Made by a program: the position numbers and the translations under genes. Positions 61,322 through 64,000 of a stretch of DNA of 64,000 bases are shown one piece after another; position 1 is the stretch's first letter, and every line of letters starts with the position of its first letter. This stretch comes from an uncultured Alphaproteobacteria bacterium (GTDB taxonomy: Bacteria; Pseudomonadota; Alphaproteobacteria; JAJFIK01): assembly GCA_964625525.1 (NCBI GenBank), contig CAZVEE010000001.1, positions 9,623-73,622 on the forward strand, written 5' to 3'. The notes beneath the pieces were generated by a model that saw only the letters and a program-made list of their open reading frames with translations, had not been told where the DNA came from and did no database searches.

Positions 61322-64000
61322 TCACTCTTGGGTCTCTTCGGCGGTGTCTTCCGGGGCGCCTTCCACAGGCGGCAGGATGACCACCCGATAGGCGCTGGCC
61401 GCGTCGAGATAGCGCTGCGCCGTGGCGGTGAGATCGTCCACGGTGATGGCTTCAAGGCCCGCCACCTCACCACGGAAGCGCTCCAGCCGGGCCGGATCCG
61501 TCTGAGCTTCAGAAAGCAGGTTTACCCAAAACGAGTTCTCTTCCAGAAGGCGCTCTTGACGCTCCAAGACCGGGTTACGGGCGCGCAGAAGCTCGTCTTC
61601 GCTGATGCCGCCGGTGGCCATGGAAGCGGCGATTTCGTCCACCGCCTGGAACATGTCATCCACCGCCGACGGCTCCACATCCAGATAGCTGAGGAAATAG
61701 CCATAGCCCGGGTAAGTGGAGGAACTGGCGGAGACGAATTGCGGCGAATAGGTCGCGCCGATTTCCTCACGGATTTTATCGGTGAGCTTCAGATCGAAGA
61801 TCTCGTTAAGCAGCTCCCGCTGGCGATCGTCCTGAGCGTCGCTGTCATCATCGGTTGGCCAGTAGGTGAGCGCCAGGGCGCGGTTCTGCTCGCCCGCATG
61901 GCGCAGCACGACCGGTTCAGCTTCCGCCGCCGGGAAGCTCACTTGACGCTCGGCTTCAAAGGCCGGCTCGCTGTCGGCACGCAGCGGCAGGGCGCCGAAA
62001 GTGCGGGCAACGGCGGCGATGGCCGTGTCCGGCTCCACATCGCCCACAATGGCCAGCTCGATCTGGCCACTGGTGAAGGCGCGTGCGGTAGCGGCCTGGA
62101 ACTCTTCGAATGTGCGGCTTTGCACATCGTCCTTGGCGGGCCAGCCGAAGCGCGGATCACCGCTGCGCACCAGACGCGGCACATCGCGGCCATAAATGCC
62201 CTGGGGCGTGGCATCGAAGGTCTCGTAAATCACATCCACGAACTGGCGGAACTGCGCCAGGCCTTCTTCGCGATAACCAGGCGCCGTCACATACGCGGTG
62301 AGGAGCTGAAGCTGAAGATCCAGATCAGCGGGCGTGGTCTCGTAGCGGCCGCCGAAATCATCGTTGAACACGTTGAAATCCAGATCGACCGTGCGTCCGG
62401 CGAGCAGGCTCTGCAGGTCATCAAAGCTGTGTGCCTCAAGGCCGCCGATGATGAAGGCTGTGTCGCCGATCCGATCAAGGCCCGGTTGATCCTTCGGCAT
62501 TTCCACAAGGCCGCTGCCCACACGCAGCGACACCCGCACCACATCGTCTTCAAACGGGGTCTGTTTGACCGTGAGCAACACATTGTTCTCGAAGCGGACG
62601 GTCCGCGCATCGAGATCCTCGATCATGCCGTCTTCGGCCACGGCGCCGGGCGTGCCGAAATCCGTATACGCGAATTCCAGTGCGCCGGTGTCTTCCGGTG
62701 CCTCGACCGCCACAGCGGCGCTGGCATCGAGGGCTGCGAAAATGGCGGCTTCCGGGTTCTCGATGGCTTGGTTGTTCGCCACATGGGCCAGCAGTTCCAC
62801 GCCGTCCCACTGGGCGATGAAGGCCTCGTGCACGGCTTCTGATGTGATGTCGGCGCTGTGGGTTTCAAATAGGGCGAAATCCTCCACCGGATCGGTGAAG
62901 ACGCGATCGGCCCCAAAGGCATTCACGATGCCTTCGGCCAAGGTATCGTTATCGCGGGTGCCGGCCTGCTCCGCCGCATTGCGCAGAAAGGCGCGGAAAT
63001 TCGCCACTTGCTCTTGGAGCTCTGCCTGTGTGAAGCCGTGCTCGCGGGCGCGGCGCAGTTCCTGTTCCGCTGCCGCGAGGCCTCGGTCCCATTTGTCCGG
63101 GGTCGTGACAATCTGCACGGTTGCCACATCGGCGGTGTTGAAGAAATCGCCGGAGTCCGCCGAGGCCTGAAGGAACGGCGCGTCCGCCTGGCGCGACAGG
63201 ATGGACAGGCGGCGGCTCACCACCGCATTGCCGATCTGGCGCAGCAGTTCCTCGCGGCGGCTATCCAGTGTGTCGGGCTTGTTCGCAGCCTCGCGCACCG
63301 CCGCCAGCGTGACGATGGTGGGCACGTCCGGGTCATAGAAGAAACCGGCCGAGCGCGGACGATTTTCGTCAATGGTGCCGAGATCCGGATCCTCGCCCGC
63401 GTCCTCGGGCTGCTCCCAATCGCCGAACGTCTCGGTAATCTTGGCCTCAAGGGAGTCTTTATCGATATCGCCGACAACCACCAGGAACGCCCGCTCGGGC
63501 ACATAGTATCCTTCATAAAGGCGCAGGAAATCCTCGCGCGTGACCGTGTTGATCGCTTCCGGCTTGTCATCAAGGCGGTAGCCGAACAACGCGTCAGGCG
63601 CCAGGAACTGGTAGTAATTCATGCCGTAGCGGCGCTGCCAGGTATCGCGGAAGCGCTGCTCGGACAGCACCACCCCGCGTTCACGATCAATCGCGTCTTC
63701 ATCCAGGAGCAGTTTGTCGGCGGTCTCTCGCATCAGGAACAGCGCCGTGTCCACGACCTCATCTGATGCGGAGGGCAAATTCAGCATGTAAACCGTTTCG
63801 TCCAAGCCGGTGCCGGCATTCGTATCGGCGCCAAAGGCAAGGCCATAGCGCTCCAAAATGCGGACCATTTCACCTTCTGGAACATTCTCTGAGCCATTGA
63901 AGGCGAGGTGTTCCAGGAAGTGGGAGAGCGTTTGTTCGTCATCACCCTCATAAAGGGCTCCGACAGCGAAGCGGAAGCGCACAGCGGCTGAGTCGCTCGG
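61322..64000 (-). CDS. M16 (pitrilysin/insulinase) family zinc peptidase, large two-module form; 5' end lies beyond the window
   Basis: HFLEH (HxxEH) zinc motif near the window edge. The frame remains open to base 64000. More than 890 aa, with a second inactive-type M16 module. Confidence 0.85.
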   Translation of the reverse strand, partial: PSDSAAVRFRFAVGALYEGDDEQTLSHFLEHLAFNGSENVPEGEMVRILERYGLAFGADTNAGTGLDETVYMLNLPSASDEVVDTALFLMRETADKLLLDEDAIDRERGVVLSEQRFRDTWQRRYGMNYYQFLAPDALFGYRLDDKPEAINTVTREDFLRLYEGYYVPERAFLVVVGDIDKDSLEAKITETFGDWEQPEDAGEDPDLGTIDENRPRSAGFFYDPDVPTIVTLAAVREAANKPDTLDSRREELLRQIGNAVVSRRLSILSRQADAPFLQASADSGDFFNTADVATVQIVTTPDKWDRGLAAAEQELRRAREHGFTQAELQEQVANFRAFLRNAAEQAGTRDNDTLAEGIVNAFGADRVFTDPVEDFALFETHSADITSEAVHEAFIAQWDGVELLAHVANNQAIENPEAAIFAALDASAAVAVEAPEDTGALEFAYTDFGTPGAVAEDGMIEDLDARTVRFENNVLLTVKQTPFEDDVVRVSLRVGSGLVEMPKDQPGLDRIGDTAFIIGGLEAHSFDDLQSLLAGRTVDLDFNVFNDDFGGRYETTPADLDLQLQLLTAYVTAPGYREEGLAQFRQFVDVIYETFDATPQGIYGRDVPRLVRSGDPRFGWPAKDDVQSRTFEEFQAATARAFTSGQIELAIVGDVEPDTAIAAVARTFGALPLRADSEPAFEAERQVSFPAAEAEPVVLRHAGEQNRALALTYWPTDDDSDAQDDRQRELLNEIFDLKLTDKIREEIGATYSPQFVSASSSTYPGYGYFLSYLDVEPSAVDDMFQAVDEIAASMATGGISEDELLRARNPVLERQERLLEENSFWVNLLSEAQTDPARLERFRGEVAGLEAITVDDLTATAQRYLDAASAYRVVILPPVEGAPEDTAEETQE

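Overview
High-GC chromosomal segment (by eye roughly mid-60s % GC, not computed) with clear alphaproteobacterial hallmarks. These are a circularly permuted two-piece tmRNA gene with an ANDN-type tag, an alpha-type SspB, and a TTAA-N7-TTAAC (CtrA-type) box ahead of ftsZ. Almost all of the window is core housekeeping. On the plus strand: the distal dcw cluster murD(partial)-ftsW-murG-murC-murB-ddl-ftsQ-ftsA-ftsZ followed by lpxC, then bamD-recN-ligA. On the minus strand: DUF4169, a pentapeptide-repeat protein, a ClC channel, a UvrD-like helicase, prmA and aminopeptidase P. After that come an AsmA-family giant, fumC, sspB, ssrA, thyA-folA, mrp/apbC, hflKC, degP, divergent serB/miaA, the elongasome operon mreBCD-mrdA-rodA, an acyl-CoA-type ligase, a glutathione peroxidase, a photolyase-related protein, an ABC-F ATPase and a partial M16 peptidase. 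Genes are tightly packed, with many ATGA/GTGA start-stop overlaps: 906, 2039, 4709, 5638, 15643, 17763, 25488, 52494 and 58230. I saw no transposase, integrase, CRISPR array, reverse transcriptase or recognisable defence or toxin-antitoxin module, and no convincing multi-gene novel system. The best leads are single-locus oddities: (1) an AT-shifted orphan gene between hflKC and degP for a ~600-aa secreted coiled-coil protein with a TonB-C-like tail; (2) a photolyase/cryptochrome FAD-domain protein whose alpha/beta domain seems to sit at the C-terminus, translationally coupled to a periplasmic glutathione peroxidase; (3) a nucleotidyltransferase-fold protein with histidines in place of the catalytic acidic residues; (4) a perfect 5 x 15-bp tandem repeat and two further small tandem duplications in unusually long gene-free spacers around an orphan ACT-domain gene upstream of mreB; (5) a cytochrome P450 pseudogene next to ssrA. 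All product calls rest on motif recognition by eye, since no database search was possible. Start codons were chosen by overlap, Shine-Dalgarno and N-terminal plausibility and may be off by a few codons.
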